64,000 nt of DNA from Eledone cirrhosa (Eukaryota), in the NCBI GenBank assembly GCA_964016885.1, contig OZ024740.1, positions 408,580,001-408,644,000 of the forward strand, in the 5' to 3' direction. Shown here piece by piece: positions 39,230 to 53,812 of the stretch; position 1 is the first letter of the stretch; every line of letters starts with the position of its first letter. The position numbers and the translations under genes were made by a program. Under the pieces are notes generated by a model. It did not search any database, had not been told where the DNA came from, and saw nothing but the letters and a program-made list of their open reading frames with translations.

Positions 39230-39740
39230 GATCTATCATTAATAAATAGTGAACCAATACATCGTGGGTTATGAATTAATAAATATACGGATCACGTCTA
39301 TATTTAGTTAGATTCCATAGTGATACCTCGACTGTGGGCGGGGTAACAGCTAAAAATGAAGATTGAATCTTCAGAGAAGAAAGAACAATACCTGTGATGA
39401 ATTTGAAGGTATTTGAGACTGATTGTGGGAGAAATTACCACTCATGTATTGCTGCAGAAGTCAGTAACGAATCCAGAGCCGTTACTTTCCGTATAGAGAG
39501 ACCACAGTTACGAGCATGTGATTAGAATTTCTAAGGAAAGAATCGCTGGATAGATTTTACGAGCAAAGCCAACTGGCAGGATACCCAGAGGTAGACTCCG
39601 TGCAAGGTGCTTGGGTAATATTCATGACCTCGGCTGGTCTTACTTCGGCATATCTGTTGGAAGCGGTTGCTTTTGAGAGGCATGTCTGAAGACTCTGCCC
39701 CTACGAACCTTGCAGGAATATATGGGCGAAGAAGAAGAAC
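39230..39740 (+). pseudogene. Degraded RTE LINE 3' end with (GAA)n tail
   Basis: Translates to HVIRISKERIA..ILRAKPTGRIPRGR, an RTE C-terminal motif. Confidence 0.55.
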
Positions 39741-40351
39741 CTGAGAAATGCCGTGGGTAGCTATTCAATATATTTTGAATATTTTCTGATTGTACTTTCA
39801 CAATGTTTTTCATAATACAATATAAATCAAAGTGTTTAAGATTATGGAATTGCAAACTTCATTTTAATTTAACTATAAATGTTTAACTACAAATACTATT
39901 AATATATATTTTCAGTTTAAATAGTTAAACAAAAGTTGTAACAATACTCAAAACAGTAGCAAATAGCCCACAAAGCAACAGGTAACCCAAATTATTTTTT
40001 AACATGAAGCGTACAGTCCTGGGATGTAACGTGACCCGCTACTTATAGCCCAGTCCGACAACTTTGTCTCCAGCTAAGTCAGCTCTAATAATTATAATAC
40101 TGAGTGTGGTGATTGGTCATATCTAATGTTCTTTGGTGTTGCAGGTATGCAGGGAGACGGTTATTATTTCCCCTGAAGTCAACTGCATCCAAACAAACTA
40201 ATTACCAAAGATGCTCTAGCCGTGAGTATATCGCCCTTTTGTAAATTCGGGACTAAATTGTTCAATTTAACCTTCCCTTTATAATACGATATGACGCTGT
40301 TTAAGGGGCTTCTATTTCTGGTTGGCTCAGTTTTATCTTTGTTGTATGTTG

Positions 40352-40632
40352 CAGACCTGTCAACTCTCCCCGTTGGACTGGGAGACCTCCCACTCACTTT
40401 GGGGTGGGTGAGAGATGTCTTCTCTTGTGAAAATGTGTATAGCTTTCGCCGAGGTTGACTTTGCCTTTCATCCTTACGGGGTCGGTAAAATAATTTACCA
40501 GTAATGCACTGGGTATTTGCTGGCCTTGTGCCTAAAGTAGAGACAATTATGTAAAATTTCCCCATTTTGCCTCATTTCTCCTCGTTTTGGGCACTTTTTT
40601 TCATGGTACTCCCCGTTTAGGTTTTTAGAGGT
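40352..40632. mobile_element. MITE of the 4566 family, inverted, with a SINE fragment inserted (40448-40550)
   Basis: MITE halves rejoin across the SINE piece. Confidence 0.8.
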
Positions 40633-41007
40633 TCGGTTTTTGTAGTTGAAGATGCTCACTATTATATTTTCAGATTGGCTATTTCGATTGTGTAGTTATC
40701 TTGCTTTGTAGGTTATCTTATTATTTCTTAATGCTTTTAATTATTTTTTTGAGTGTATGTACTGCAGTGCCCATGTTGGCGGTGTGAACCTTTGTTCTAT
40801 TTTGATAGAAACGGTTCCACTTGACGTTTTTAAAGTTTGTAAGGTTTTTTTTTTCCAGTTCTGTTCTTTGATATGTTGTCGTATTTACTGAGTAATTGAT
40901 ATTCATCGTGAGATACTGTTCATTGCATGAGATGGTGTTCATTGGTTCGTGCTGTGATTATCAATATCGCTGGAGAGATTACATAGAAATTGTTTTCTAT
41001 GTGAATA

Positions 41008-41170
41008 TTTGTTTCTACTTTTGGCACAAGGCCAGCAATTATTTTATCGACCCCGTAAGGATGTAAGGCAAAATTAACCCGAAGGGATTTGAACTCAGAC
41101 CGTAAAGGGGCGTAACTATGCTAGAAAGCAGGGCGTCCAGCCCTCTACCGATACTGCCAATTCACCGCCC
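41008..41170 (-). mobile_element. tRNA-derived SINE
   Basis: Family consensus with an internal deletion. Confidence 0.88.
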
Positions 41171-41880
41171 TATGTAAATATTGTGACAGAAAGAGATGCC
41201 ATAGAAGGAGTTGTACTCTGCTTGGTGAGATATTTGTATTATAGTAAGTTGCTTAGGGTGTAAAGTGAGTTTAGTTCTGATGTGTCACCTCAAGGATTAT
41301 ATGGATTGTTTTTGTGTCAGCATGTGTATGAAATATCCATTAATGATGTTGTGCGCAAATGGGTTAAGATGTTTTAGTTGGTGTATGCTACCCGATGAAA
41401 ATGTTGGCGGAACTACAAGAGTTTACATCCATGTGTTGCTAGTTTTTACTTTGAATGCTTGTATTTCTGGTGCGTTGTCGTATCCTATTAATATTCGAGT
41501 GTCACTTGTAATTTTTTCTGTAAAAGGCGAAGAATTAGCATAGCCATTAGAGAGTCGTACAGAAAGCCTGACGACATTTGTTTCAGTTTTATGCACTCTG
41601 AGTTCATATCTCACTGAGGTCAATTTTTAATTTCATCTCAGGCTAGTGTGGTAGATTAGTAGCATTTATATAGTGTCTTACTATATATATGTTCCGACTC
41701 ATTCTTTGTTCAAATCACTCTTTGGCTTACTTAGGTGGTAAAGTTAATCTGTCGCCCGGCTAAACACAACCACTTGGTCATTTAATGCCTTCGGAATAGT
41801 CTACTCTGCTACAAGCATCTGGGTCATGTCTCCGGTTTGAGAGTAGCCTTCTCCTTCACTCACTGATTTTCCAGGCTTTA

Positions 41881-42088
41881 TGGCAGTATCTGTAGAGAGT
41901 CGGACACCATGCTTTGCAGCAAGAGTTACGGCTCTTTATGGTCTGAGTTCAAATCCCGCCGAGGTTAACTTTGCCTTTCATCCTTACGGAGTCGATAAAA
42001 TAAAGTACCAGTCACGCACTGGGGTCAATTTAATCGACTTCCTCTTCTCCCAAAGTCGCTGGCCTTGTGCCTATATAAGAAACCATTA
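41881..42088 (+). mobile_element. tRNA-derived SINE
   Basis: Family consensus. Confidence 0.88.
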
Positions 42089-43585
42089 ATTTCTAAAAGT
42101 TGAACATCTTCAAATAAACGCATTATAAATAAATTCGTTATTGTCTTATGAGAATATTTCTTCGAGATTTAAATTTCAGTTGAAACCTAAAGTAGTGAGA
42201 AACCACAGGTGGGAAACTTGATCTAATGGTGACGCCGCCAAGGAGTTTTGCTTGTTTATAGAATTTGCTTTTAAAAACATAATCCCAATTCAAATCCTAT
42301 GACGAAAAAGAACTTTATCAGTGATAGTCGTCTCTATTTTAAAGTTTGGTGCGTCTGTTTGTATTGCTTTGATATGCATTTCTCTGTCTCCTAGCAGAGT
42401 TCGTGCGAATTTAATAGCAATGCAAATGTCGAAATGTCGAAAAGTTAGGAGATGAAATGTTGGTATATGTTACATTTAACTTTTATACTTGAAGGAAAAA
42501 GTATATAGCATTTTTTCGAATTGCTATTTCTTATAAACCATTGGATTTAAGATGTAGTGTTTGTATATGAACATGGTTGTGTAGCAGAAGGTGTAGTTAG
42601 TTGCAATTCAAAAGTTAAGCCTTGAAAATATTTTGTTTCGCGCTGATTCGGCTTGATAATTGTGTGAACGGTACATGTGTGCGTTAATTTAACGAAAAGG
42701 TGGTTCAATTGAGCGAACAACTGAATGCTCATCGTTGAAACCGACGGAAGATCCATCGTTACCAGAAGATAAATATGTATTGGTAGTCCCGCTCATTGGT
42801 GTGTAGAATAGGAATAGTTAAATAATTAGGAGGCAAATTTGTAATTAACAGATATAAAATTAATATTAAAATTATCTGAATTAGTTTTTACTAGAACTTG
42901 CTAACCCAATTCTCAACTTTTGGATAATTGAAGCGACAAAGACAGACAGACATGAATGCTGTGTGTGTGTGTGTGTGTTGTGTGTGTACGAGAGAAAAAA
43001 ATATGTGTGAGTGTGTGCGCGTAAGAGCGAGAAGAAGAAGAAGAAGAAGAAGAAGAAACGATTTTAAAAAATACCCACAGATATACCCAGCCTTGTCGCA
43101 CACACTGACTCACTAACTGATGCATTTTATGACACGTATAGAAATACGTATGGCAAAGTACTATTAGACACATTTATCAACAGAATTGTAAAAGTGTCTG
43201 AAATTTGAGTCAAATTATAGAACGACCTTTCATTTGGGGCTTTTAAATCATATTTTATTCCGTTTACATGTTGTTACTGATGCACTGAGAAAGGATTTTG
43301 TGGTGTTTAAAATTACTAGTGTTAGGCCGTTAGATTAGGATCGACGGTAACTCTAGATAGTTGTAAACTGATACTTTCTATATTTGTAGTATCATGCAAA
43401 AAGTGTATGTATGTTTGTATGTATGTACGTATATATAGAGGTAGTCGCGCTCCATCATCCACTTTTCTAAAAAATAAATCATACACAAAACGCCAGCACC
43501 AACAATTTTGCAACAGATGTCAACATGGACCTGTTATTTTTATCTAAAGACATTTTTTCCAATCCCCCCCCCCCCGTCTCCTCAT

Positions 43586-43621
43586 TCTTCTGGTGAAGGA
43601 TTGGCGTCCGAAACGTCATGA
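43586..43621 (+). ncRNA. Minimal hammerhead-like motif with CUGGUGA core variant
   Basis: CUGGUGA a GGAU uggc GUCC GAAACGUC; paralog of 27851-27886. Confidence 0.45.
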
Positions 43622-44110
43622 CCCTCTTTCTGCTATTTCAAGCGTTAACCTAATATATCCCATCCATATACTGTACCGATTTGTTGTTATTTCTGTTTAC
43701 CTTTTACATATATACATATATATATAAATAAATAAACAAATAAATAAATATATAAACAGATTAAATAAAGATGGCGTAGAAAATAGAAAATACAGTGCAA
43801 CGGGAGGAAACAATAGCACCACTGACGATGTTGCAGATGTGCAACGAAAGAACTTTGATAAACTATATCTATGTGTTTGTGTCTATATTGTATCTGTATT
43901 TTTGACCGTTGGTCAGTCAATGGCAACATTGAGGACCGAATAAATTAAATTAACCGATATAAAAGACACAGAAGCGAAAAGCGAAAACCAACCAAACAGT
44001 GAGTGTGTTCTGTTATTAATTCTGGCAATATTACACAAATATGACCCTCCCCAAGTATAACAATATTTGTTTCCACACACGATTTCATATCAAAAACCTC
44101 GCAAAACTAA

Positions 44111-45025
<915 letters not shown>

Positions 45026-45031
45026 ATATAT

Positions 45032-45169
45032 ATAGTCATTACTTTAAATTCATAGCGAATGGTCTTTAAAATGTTTTTAATTAAACATACAGTATATTTG
45101 ATCATATACTGTATGTTTAATTAAAAACATTTTAAAGACCATTCGCTATGAATTTAAAGTAGTGACTAT
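45032..45169. repeat. Near-perfect 138-bp palindrome
   Basis: About 65-bp arms with one mismatch and a short ttgatc loop. Confidence 0.92.
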
Positions 45170-46255
45170 GTCACTTACTGAATCTCGGCAAAAAGAAAGG
45201 GGAGTAACCGACAGTCATGTTTCTCGCTCGTTAGCGGTTATCAAGACTACTCACCCCTTCGCTTCCACCGAGAATTATAGAAGATGGATTCTTATAGAAT
45301 TCCAGTAATGCTTAAGAGCCGATTAAACTGACCGGTTGCCGGTTCAGCAAAAATTATTTATTAGTATTGGTGCTCTGAAATAGCGATGTATATATGAAGT
45401 TTTTTTATTGTTGTGGAAGTGGATGATAAACATGACAAATACCAGTAACCCTAGTTACATATATAACTTTACTTCACTTCAGCAAAAAGGAAAAAGAATA
45501 TGATTACTTCGAATAATAAATATAAAGTTTGATTGTAGTATTCACAAATGAATATAGTGTACAAAAGGCTTCGGTGATGTTACCTTAAAAAGTGAAAAGT
45601 TGTAGTCAGACAGTACGTACCAGCATATGTAGTAGCAAGCTCGCAATGGCAATGAAGCTTTGCTGTCTATTTGAAGAGGCAGATGACTGAGTGTGGTTGA
45701 AGTGCCAATGGAAGAATTGCTGTTGGGGCCCTTGTCGAGAGGAGCAGAGTTTTTACTTGAGCAACTCCAAGTGATCTTTTTCTTCCGAAGACAGACTGGA
45801 ATGAATCAAAGAAAAACTTATCTCATTTAACCTCAAATAGGCCAGCCTCTCCAGATCACTGACGCCAACTTGAGATAAAGAGAAACAGCAGCCAGACGTC
45901 TTTAGGGGGTCAGTATGTGCGAAGAAATTTCGCTACACATGTTAAATATACGATACGTACATTCATATGTATGAGCACCAATACAAATGTCTTATTGATG
46001 CTGGGCCGGCAGAAACCACTCTGTATGCAAATGAGTTTCAACAGCTCATAAACATAATTGGAATTCTATAAGAATCCAGCTTCGATAGCTTCAGCAAAAA
46101 CGGAGGGATATGTAATCTTGATAACCACTAAGAAGTGAGAAACGGTGGCCGTTGATTACTTCCCCTTGTCTTTGCTGAAGCTAGGTATGTGACGTTCGTC
46201 ACTAACTTAAAATTCATAGCGAAAGGCCTTCAAAATATTTTTAAATATACGTATT
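45105..46255. mobile_element. Old non-autonomous DNA element with ~200-bp diverged TIRs
   Basis: 45105-45304 is the inverse of 46059-46255 (e.g. tggattcttatagaattcca / tggaattctataagaatcca). Confidence 0.6.
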
Positions 46256-46270
46256 GTAAATATACAATAC

Positions 46271-46317
<47 letters not shown>

Positions 46318-46353
46318 CTCTTTTTTCCTGGACTTTTCCGACGGAATTACTTC

Positions 46354-46395
<42 letters not shown>

Positions 46396-46447
46396 GTACT
46401 CTCATAAAACATACGAGAATATTACACTGATCACCGCTATTGCTACT

Positions 46448-46608
46448 ATAATTGTTTCTACTTTTGGCACAAGGCCAGCAATTATCCAGTGCATTACTGG
46501 TACTTTATTTTATCGACCCCGTAAGGATGAAAGGCAAAGTTAACCTCGGCGGGATTTGAACTCAAACCATAAAGGGGCGTAACTCTTTGCTGCAAAGCAT
46601 AGCGTCAT
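46448..46608 (-). mobile_element. tRNA-derived SINE
   Basis: Family consensus. Confidence 0.88.
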
Positions 46609-47111
46609 GGCTGGAAAGACCAGTTCTCCAGTTTAAAGATAACTCTCTCCCTTCTTCCCACCAATAATAGAAGCCTTGAAAAGGTTTATGGATGCTGAAT
46701 TTCCTCTTTTGACTCATCCAATAAAGAAAACTAAACTAAAGAAAAAGAACATCCCTATCAGAAGTGACTACAAAAGTGCTATAGTCTATAATGTGTATGA
46801 AAGTGTACGAAATGTGGAGCAAAAAACGTTTTGGCTTCTAAGTGGGTCAGCTACAAATCTTACAAAGGAAAATAAATAAGAAACTTTAAACTTTAAACAC
46901 TTGTGATTTTAATTAAAAAGTCTTTTAAATAAGTAATTTTTCCCACAATACATATATGAATATATGTGTGTATGCAGTTTGTATGTATGTGTATATTTGT
47001 AGGTATGTGTACGTGTGACAAGTATATATGTGTGTGACTGTGTATATATATATATATAAGTATATGTATGTGCATGAATGTGGTGAATGTTTGGGGAAGG
47101 TGTATGTTTAG

Positions 47112-47240
<129 letters not shown>

Positions 47241-47419
47241 CGTATGCACCTAAGTAATACATCTGAGATAGTTAATTTAAAAGCGCAGTGTTGATTTGTG
47301 CATGACAAATACATAGTATATATACCGAAACGTTACGAGTTAAATCTTTCATTTTTTTAGAATTAAATAGGTTTATTTACAATAGTTTATAACTTCTGCC
47401 TATTAATCCGTATGATGAC

Positions 47420-47750
47420 CAAATGGGGTCCCACGTGCTGCTGGCCTCCTCACAGCCCTGGCGGACAGGATGGAGAAGGCGTTTCCCCGGAGGATGGTAA
47501 GGGAGATGCGCTGGAAGAGCCATTCCAACTCGCGAAGCTCACACCTGCGACTGGCCAGCTCAGCGTCTATGGTGGTGAATAGGGAGGTAGCCCTAGGGCC
47601 AAGGACACCAGAAGTCTCCACACCTGGCCATCTCAGCGCCTATGGTAGTGAATAGGGAGGTAGCCCTAGGGCCAAGAACACCAGATGTCGCCACTGCCAA
47701 GGGCACGACCGCGAACCTGTCGGAGAGCGACCGGTATTTGGAGAGTATAC
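47420..47750 (-). pseudogene. CRE-clade LINE 3' fragment with an internal duplication
   Basis: ETSGVLGPRA..LEWLFQRISLTILRGNA; homologous to 55007-55609. Confidence 0.8.
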
Positions 47751-47926
47751 CGAAACTAGTAATTTCCAGAGGTTGACTGAGATGGGACTGTCCGTATTTC
47801 CTATGTTTGTTTGTTTGTTTTTCATTGTCTTTGTCCTGTGCGACCCCTATTTAGAATTTATATTCTAAAGTCTGAGACATGCGGGCTTTTTAAACTATAT
47901 GTGTATGTGTGTGTGTGTGGGTGTGT

Positions 47927-48008
<82 letters not shown>

Positions 48009-48270
48009 ACACAAATATGAAGCCACTTTTTATAATCGAGGTAATGTTATCAGCCGGTTATTGTTGTATATATATATGTAGCGAAATCTGTCCACGCTTT
48101 GAACCTTGGGTGACACCTAAAGGTCAAACTCTAGGTCACCACCCTTTTGGTGTGAATAGGTTCATGCGTGGGCTATCCCTTCAAGTGGGAGACAGCAAGC
48201 GGCAGGTATATAAAGCCTATATTTTCCCACCTGAAACAGAGAGATCGGAGGAGCATTACGATACAGACCA

Positions 48271-48476
48271 GCCATGTGAAAGATTCACCGCTATCTACAG
48301 GCCCCAGAGGTCTACAGACATACAGAGCGATCGGAGCAGTACGCTATTACAAGCTATGTGAAAGATTCACCGCTACCTTCAGGCCACAGAGGTCTACAGA
48401 CATACAGAGCGATCGGAGCAGTATGCTATTACAAGCCATGTGAAAGATTCACCGCTATCTACAGGCCACAGAGGTC
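48271..48476 (+). repeat. 82-bp tandem array, left part (~2.5 units)
   Basis: gtgaaagattcaccgcta recurs at 48276, 48358 and 48440. Confidence 0.95.
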
Positions 48477-49101
48477 TATAACGGGTTTTAGGGTCAATTC
48501 TTAATATACATAATAGAGATCAGAAGGCATTTAGAACATTGACTAAATCCATTATCGATGTTGTAACTCTATTTATTAGTTGTACATGTTGAACGGATAC
48601 ATTAGGTATAGGTCGTATCTACATGTGTAGGATGTAGCTTGGTCCGCTTCATTGCAAGATGGAGATGTTGTTAGCAGCGATGAGTGTAGCCTGGTCTTGT
48701 CGATAAGAGAGGTGCGTGTAGACTAATGACTCTCTTGGTCACCTCCGCTCACACTGGTGACGTAGTTCTGGACAGTCGAATTAGTGCGCCAAAGGTTTTG
48801 ATTGGCTCACACTTCAGCCAACTTACCTCCGTAACACCATTCCTCCGCAGAAGGAAAATACATTTTATTCACTGCTACATCACCCCCTGCTTAGGCTTAC
48901 AGCCGACAGAGAAATAAGGGTAGCAGTTGAATGAAAGAAAAAGTACTATATAATAGTAAACACAATAAAATATATCACTGATAAAGAAATGTTCATATTA
49001 CAGGAAAGTCAGAAATAGTGTAATGTTCACCTTAGTTCATACATTTAATACAAATACAAGGGCGGAGCAAACTCCAAGAAGATTGCTGTAAATAACATAG
49101 T

Positions 49102-50305
49102 TCATATATAAAGAGTCTTGCAAAGCTTCTTGGGCCAATGTACTCGCCGACCGCTACGTGTGGTGGTGACATATGTAGGTGTAGGTGTGTGCGATGTTAT
49201 ATGTGTATTGTGGCTTGGCTGATGCCAGGTGTATGTGGGGGGAAAATGGGGCTCTTGTGTGAGAGTGTCTGTATAGGCCCGTTTTACCCTGTCAATGGAC
49301 ACAGTCTCTTTTTTACTCCCAATGTCTAGGGTGAATAGCTTATCTGTGCGCTCAAGCACGCGATAGGGACCGGTATAAGGTGGCATGAGAGGAGCTATCA
49401 CGGCGTCCTTTCGTAAAAAGACGTGGGTCCATGAAGCAATGTCTTTCGGGACCGAAGATTTGATTGTCTGTTGGCGAGGGTGCATAGGCGGAAGATTGCT
49501 GAAATATGATTGCAGTCTGCTCACATACAGAGCTGGGTCTGTTGCTGGTAGGTCCAATGGAGCTAACATCTGACCAGGCAGAGATATAGGCACTCCGTAA
49601 ACCAACTCGGCGGGGGAGTAGCCTAGATCTTCCTTGATGGCTGCACGACAGCCCAGGAGGACAATTGGTACATATTCGCTCCACCGCTGCTGATCCGGAT
49701 AAGCGCGCAGTGCGGCTTTCAATTGGCGGTGGAAGCGTTCAATCATTCCATTAGAAGCTGGATGGTAGCTGGTCGTTCGAATGCGTTGCATTCCCAGGAT
49801 CCTTGAAAGCTCTCGGAAAAGGTGTGACTCAAATTGTCCACCGCGGTCAGTGGTGATAGTGGCTGGAACTCCGTAACGCGATATCCAACCCGATACTAGG
49901 GCTCGCGCTACAGATTCCGCCGAAATGTCACTTAAAGGAATGGCTTCAGGCCAACGTGTGAAGCGATCTATGCAGGTCAGGAGGTATGTAAATCCTCGGC
50001 TGACCGGCCATGGTCCGACAAGATCTATATGGACATGGCTGAACCGAGCGTCTGGAGTGCTGAAAGTTCCAAGGGGTGCGCGGATGTGTTTGTGCACCTT
50101 TGACTTTTGGCAGGATAGGCAGGAACGTGTCCAGGCAGTGATGTCACGCCTCATATTAGGCCAGAAGAATCTAGCCGAAATGAGCTTCACTGTGGTCGAT
50201 ATTCCAGGGTGTGCCAGACCGTGCAAGGTGTCGAAAACTGCTCGACGATGAGTCACTGGCACTAGAGGGCGGGGTGCATCTGTCGAGGTGTCGCAGATAA
50301 TCTGT
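49102..50305 (-). CDS. pol: Gypsy integrase (frameshifted relative to RT/RNase H near 50305)
   Basis: HGLAHPG..CLSC zinc finger, [26 protein letters not shown] motif. Confidence 0.93.
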
Positions 50306-52260
50306 GTCCGAAGTGGGCACAGGCAGATATGCAAATTTGCCAGTTGCAAATTCAGAAGACGAGAGGTCCAAAGTATCCAGAGGTGGTTGTTCTGTGGCCA
50401 TTCGTTGGAGGTCGATTTCCGCTGGCGATGACAGGGAATTAATTGGGAGGCGAGACAGTGCATCTGCCGCCGCATTCTGTTCACCAGAGATGTGTCGGAT
50501 ATCGCTGGTAAATTGCGAAACGAAGTCCAAGTGGCGAGTTTCTCGAGGTGAATATTTGTCCGGCTTAGAACGCAGTGCGAACGTAAGCGGGCGGTGGTCA
50601 GTGTATATAACAAATTGGCGACCCTCCAGTGAATGCCGAAAGTGTTTCACTGCAAGGTACATAGCCAAGAGTTCACGGCCGAATGTGCTATACCGTGTTT
50701 CTGCAGGCTTCAGCTGTTTAGAAAAGTAGGCAAGAGGTTGTAACTGTTGTTGGTGATGTTGTTGCAGTACTGCACCTACAGCTGTGCCTGATGCATCAAC
50801 AACCAGTGAAAACTGGGCACCAGACACAGGATGTGCAAGCAGTGATGTCTCCGCAAGCTTCCGCTTCACTTCGTCGAAGGCTTTTAGCTGATTCGTGTCC
50901 AATGAAATGGAATCGTTCTTCTTTTTCCTGTTACGTAACAGGTCGGACAGAGGAGACAGGAGATCCGCACAGTGTGGGATAAAGCGCCTGTAATAGTTCA
51001 GTAGCCCAAGGAAATGTCGTAGTTGACGAAGTGAAGTGGGTGGTTGGAGGTCTTGTACCGCTTTCACTTTATCAGGTAGTGGCGAAATTCCTTCTGGGCT
51101 GATGACATGGCCCAAGAAGACAAGTGAGGAAGCACCGAAAACACATTTTGCCGGATTAATTCTCACTTGGTATTTTTGAAATCTCTCGAACGGGAGACGG
51201 AGGTGAGTGACATGTTCCTCAGGTGAGGCACTTGCCACAAGAATGTCGTCGATGTAGTTGTACACGAAGTCTAAATCGCGCACAACTTCATCCATAAATC
51301 GTTGGAACGTGCTGGCTGCGTTTCGCAAACCGAAAGGCATGGTCAAAAATTCAAACGCTCCAAATGGAGTTGTTACTGCAGTTTTAGGTATGTCTGCCGG
51401 GTTCACCGGGATTTGGTGGTATGCTTTGACCAAATCCAATTTGGAGAATATGTTGCATCCATGCAGCGAAGATGCAAAATCCTGTATGTGTGGTATCGGG
51501 TAGCGGTCGGGTACCGTCATTGCATTTAACCGACGAAAGTCCCCAGTGGGACGCCAATCACCGGAACGCTTTGGTACCAAATGCAAGGGTGCGGCCCACG
51601 GGCTTGAGGATGGGCGAATGATCCCGAGCTGCAGCATGTGATTGAATTCAGCCTATGCGGCCTTCGGTTTCTCAGCAGAGAGACGGCGAGGGCGCGAAAA
51701 CACAGGAGCTCCGGATGTTTCAATGTGGTGCTTGGTGGAGTGAGTAGGCTCACTCATCACAAAATTCAAATTTGTTAATTCCGGGAAGGAATGCAAAAGT
51801 GATTGGTAAGGATCTTCTGTAGCAGCGATAAAGAAGACCGGGCTGACCGACGAGACAGTCGATCTAGTACCCGGCACAGACAGTTCTGTGTTGGCATCCA
51901 ACAACCGGCGTCTGCGCATATCCACTATCAAGTTATAGTGGTGCAGGAAATCTGAGCCTAGGATGGGGTAAGGCAGATCAGCAACAGTGAAGATCCACGT
52001 GAAATCTCTACGCAATTCCAGGTTCAAAGAACGAGAAATCTGACCGTACGTGGGGATCGGTGACTGGTTTACTGCTTGCAGAGAGACGGTTGAGAGTTGG
52101 GGCTTCTCTTTGAGAAGTTTTAGCGGCCAAATGCTACAAGCCGCGCCGGTGTCGATCAGACAACGTGCTTGCGACTCAGTGTCTGTGATGAAAAACACAC
52201 GGTTATTAGGGAGGGTCAGAGGAGACTGTGCCGTGCTCAGGTCTCCTGAAATCTGTTTCC
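50305..52260 (-). CDS. pol: Gypsy protease, RT and RNase H (in-frame TAG at 51653-55)
   Basis: LIDTGA protease; [24 protein letters not shown]; VDAS, RELLA, TDHRPL, ADALSR. Confidence 0.95.
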
Positions 52261-53145
52261 CTGGTCTGAAAATGTACAAGGCTGTTTACAGGAGCGTGCT
52301 GCTGCGCCAAAACGGCTGTGGTAGTAACACAAACCTGAACTGCTTGTGTGACGGCGTCGTGGCGAGGGTGAACGGCTCTGGAAACGGCGTCTGGGCGAAT
52401 GAGCCCTGTGAGTGCTTAGTTTTCTCACTTCCTTGGTTAGCTGCTCTATTGCTTGCAGCATTGCTGCATTTGCAAGTGACTGGTCGGTATAACTGGCAGC
52501 CGCTGGAGTGAAGGAAGCGACCGCAGTCGGCGGCTGGGATACATTGAAGGAGACAGGAGTGAACGGATTGACCGCAGCCGGTGGTTGAGGTGCCTGGAAG
52601 GAGGCAGGAGAGAACGGATTGACCGCAGCCGGTGGCTGAGGTGCCTGGAAGGGGGCAAATGAGGCTGGGTGTCCGATGACACTCATAACCCTGTCGGCCG
52701 AAGCCGCTAGCTGGTCGACAGGAGCAGTCTCCATCATGGGCGCTAAGATCGCCTGAACTCCGGGGGGTAGCCTTGAGACAAAAAGCTGTCTAAGGAGGGC
52801 ACTGTCAGCTGGGGCATCTTCCGCCAGCTCTCTCATCCGACGCAGTAGTTGTGTGGGCGTCCGATCACCCAAATGTTCGTCATTGACGAGCGTCTGAAAT
52901 TTTTTTTCTGCGGACAATGTGGTCCGCCGCAACACTTCGAGCTTCACGCTCTCATAGGAGGCCCCAGGGCGAGGATCGGTAATTAAGTCTTTGACGACCG
53001 ACGTCAATGACGCTGGAAAAGCGCTTAACAGGAGATTTAACTGTCTGTGGTCACTGGTGATGTTATTCGCTGTGAAATGTGCTTCTATCTGGGCGAACCA
53101 GACAGTGACGTCACCGGTAAACGGTGGCAATGAAGTGCTACCCAT
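52237..53145 (-). CDS. gag: Gypsy Gag
   Basis: LPPF..VWFAQIEAHF, LGDRTPTQLLRRM, CYYHSRFGAAARSCKQPC; internal 51-bp repeat encoding FQAPQPPAAVNPF. Confidence 0.92.
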   Translation of the reverse strand: MGSTSLPPFTGDVTVWFAQIEAHFTANNITSDHRQLNLLLSAFPASLTSVVKDLITDPRPGASYESVKLEVLRRTTLSAEKKFQTLVNDEHLGDRTPTQLLRRMRELAEDAPADSALLRQLFVSRLPPGVQAILAPMMETAPVDQLAASADRVMSVIGHPASFAPFQAPQPPAAVNPFSPASFQAPQPPAAVNPFTPVSFNVSQPPTAVASFTPAAASYTDQSLANAAMLQAIEQLTKEVRKLSTHRAHSPRRRFQSRSPSPRRRHTSSSGLCYYHSRFGAAARSCKQPCTFSDQGNRFQET

Positions 53146-53794
53146 TGTGTTTACTGATGTAAAAGCAAAGGGCAAAGAAAGGACAACTCTGCACTTGTCA
53201 CCGAGACAAAAGTGAAAATTCAGGCCAAGAAAAAATATAATCCGAGTGAAGGACAGAAAAAGAAAAATATATCAAAAACAATGTTGGAGGGAAAAACGTC
53301 AAGCTTTAAAAAAAAATTATGATTTATCTTTGTCCTATTATTTTTTTTTTTTGTGTACTTTTCAAAATGGCGTTGCCTCCGTCGTTTTGGCGGGAAAACA
53401 GCTGAAGAAGACGGAAGTCGGCCATCTTGATCTGACCGGCTATCAGCACCAACAGTTTTTTTTTTTTTTTTTTATAGCGTCGCCCAATCAGAAATTGAGA
53501 GGGGAAAAATAAGATTTTTGTATTAACGCATGTGTTCGGTGATGTTAGAAAGTGAAGGTGTGATGTGCAGATTTAGTAACAATAAGACAATATATCAAAT
53601 ACATATTAGGACTCACGCTAATCGCGTACATACCCCGAGAAAAGGCGAGTGGCTTTGTTTTTTCTTTTTTTTTGGGGGGGGGGGGGGGGATGCGAAATGT
53701 TGATGTGTTCGTTGCAACGGAAAGATGTGGTTTCTTCTGTGTTGATGTCCTTAAACGTTCGGGTCACCATTTATAATGTGATTTGTTGTATCGT

Positions 53795-53812
53795 ATCACG
53801 TCGGGGTCACCA
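53795..53812 (-). promoter_or_regulatory. Primer-binding site, tRNA-Trp
   Basis: TGGTGACCCCGACGTGAT 2 nt after the 5' LTR; this is the known tRNA-Trp PBS sequence of avian alpharetroviruses. Confidence 0.9.

Noticed and set aside
40690-41560. Possible highly decayed PLE or LINE RT on the minus strand
   Set aside because: No diagnostic motif could be read with confidence
42580-42860. Non-repetitive segment as an exon or ncRNA
   Set aside because: No convincing reading frame, splice pair or known RNA motif
47291-47343. Stem I plus GAAACGUU hammerhead remnant
   Set aside because: The CUGANGA core and stem II are not recognisable
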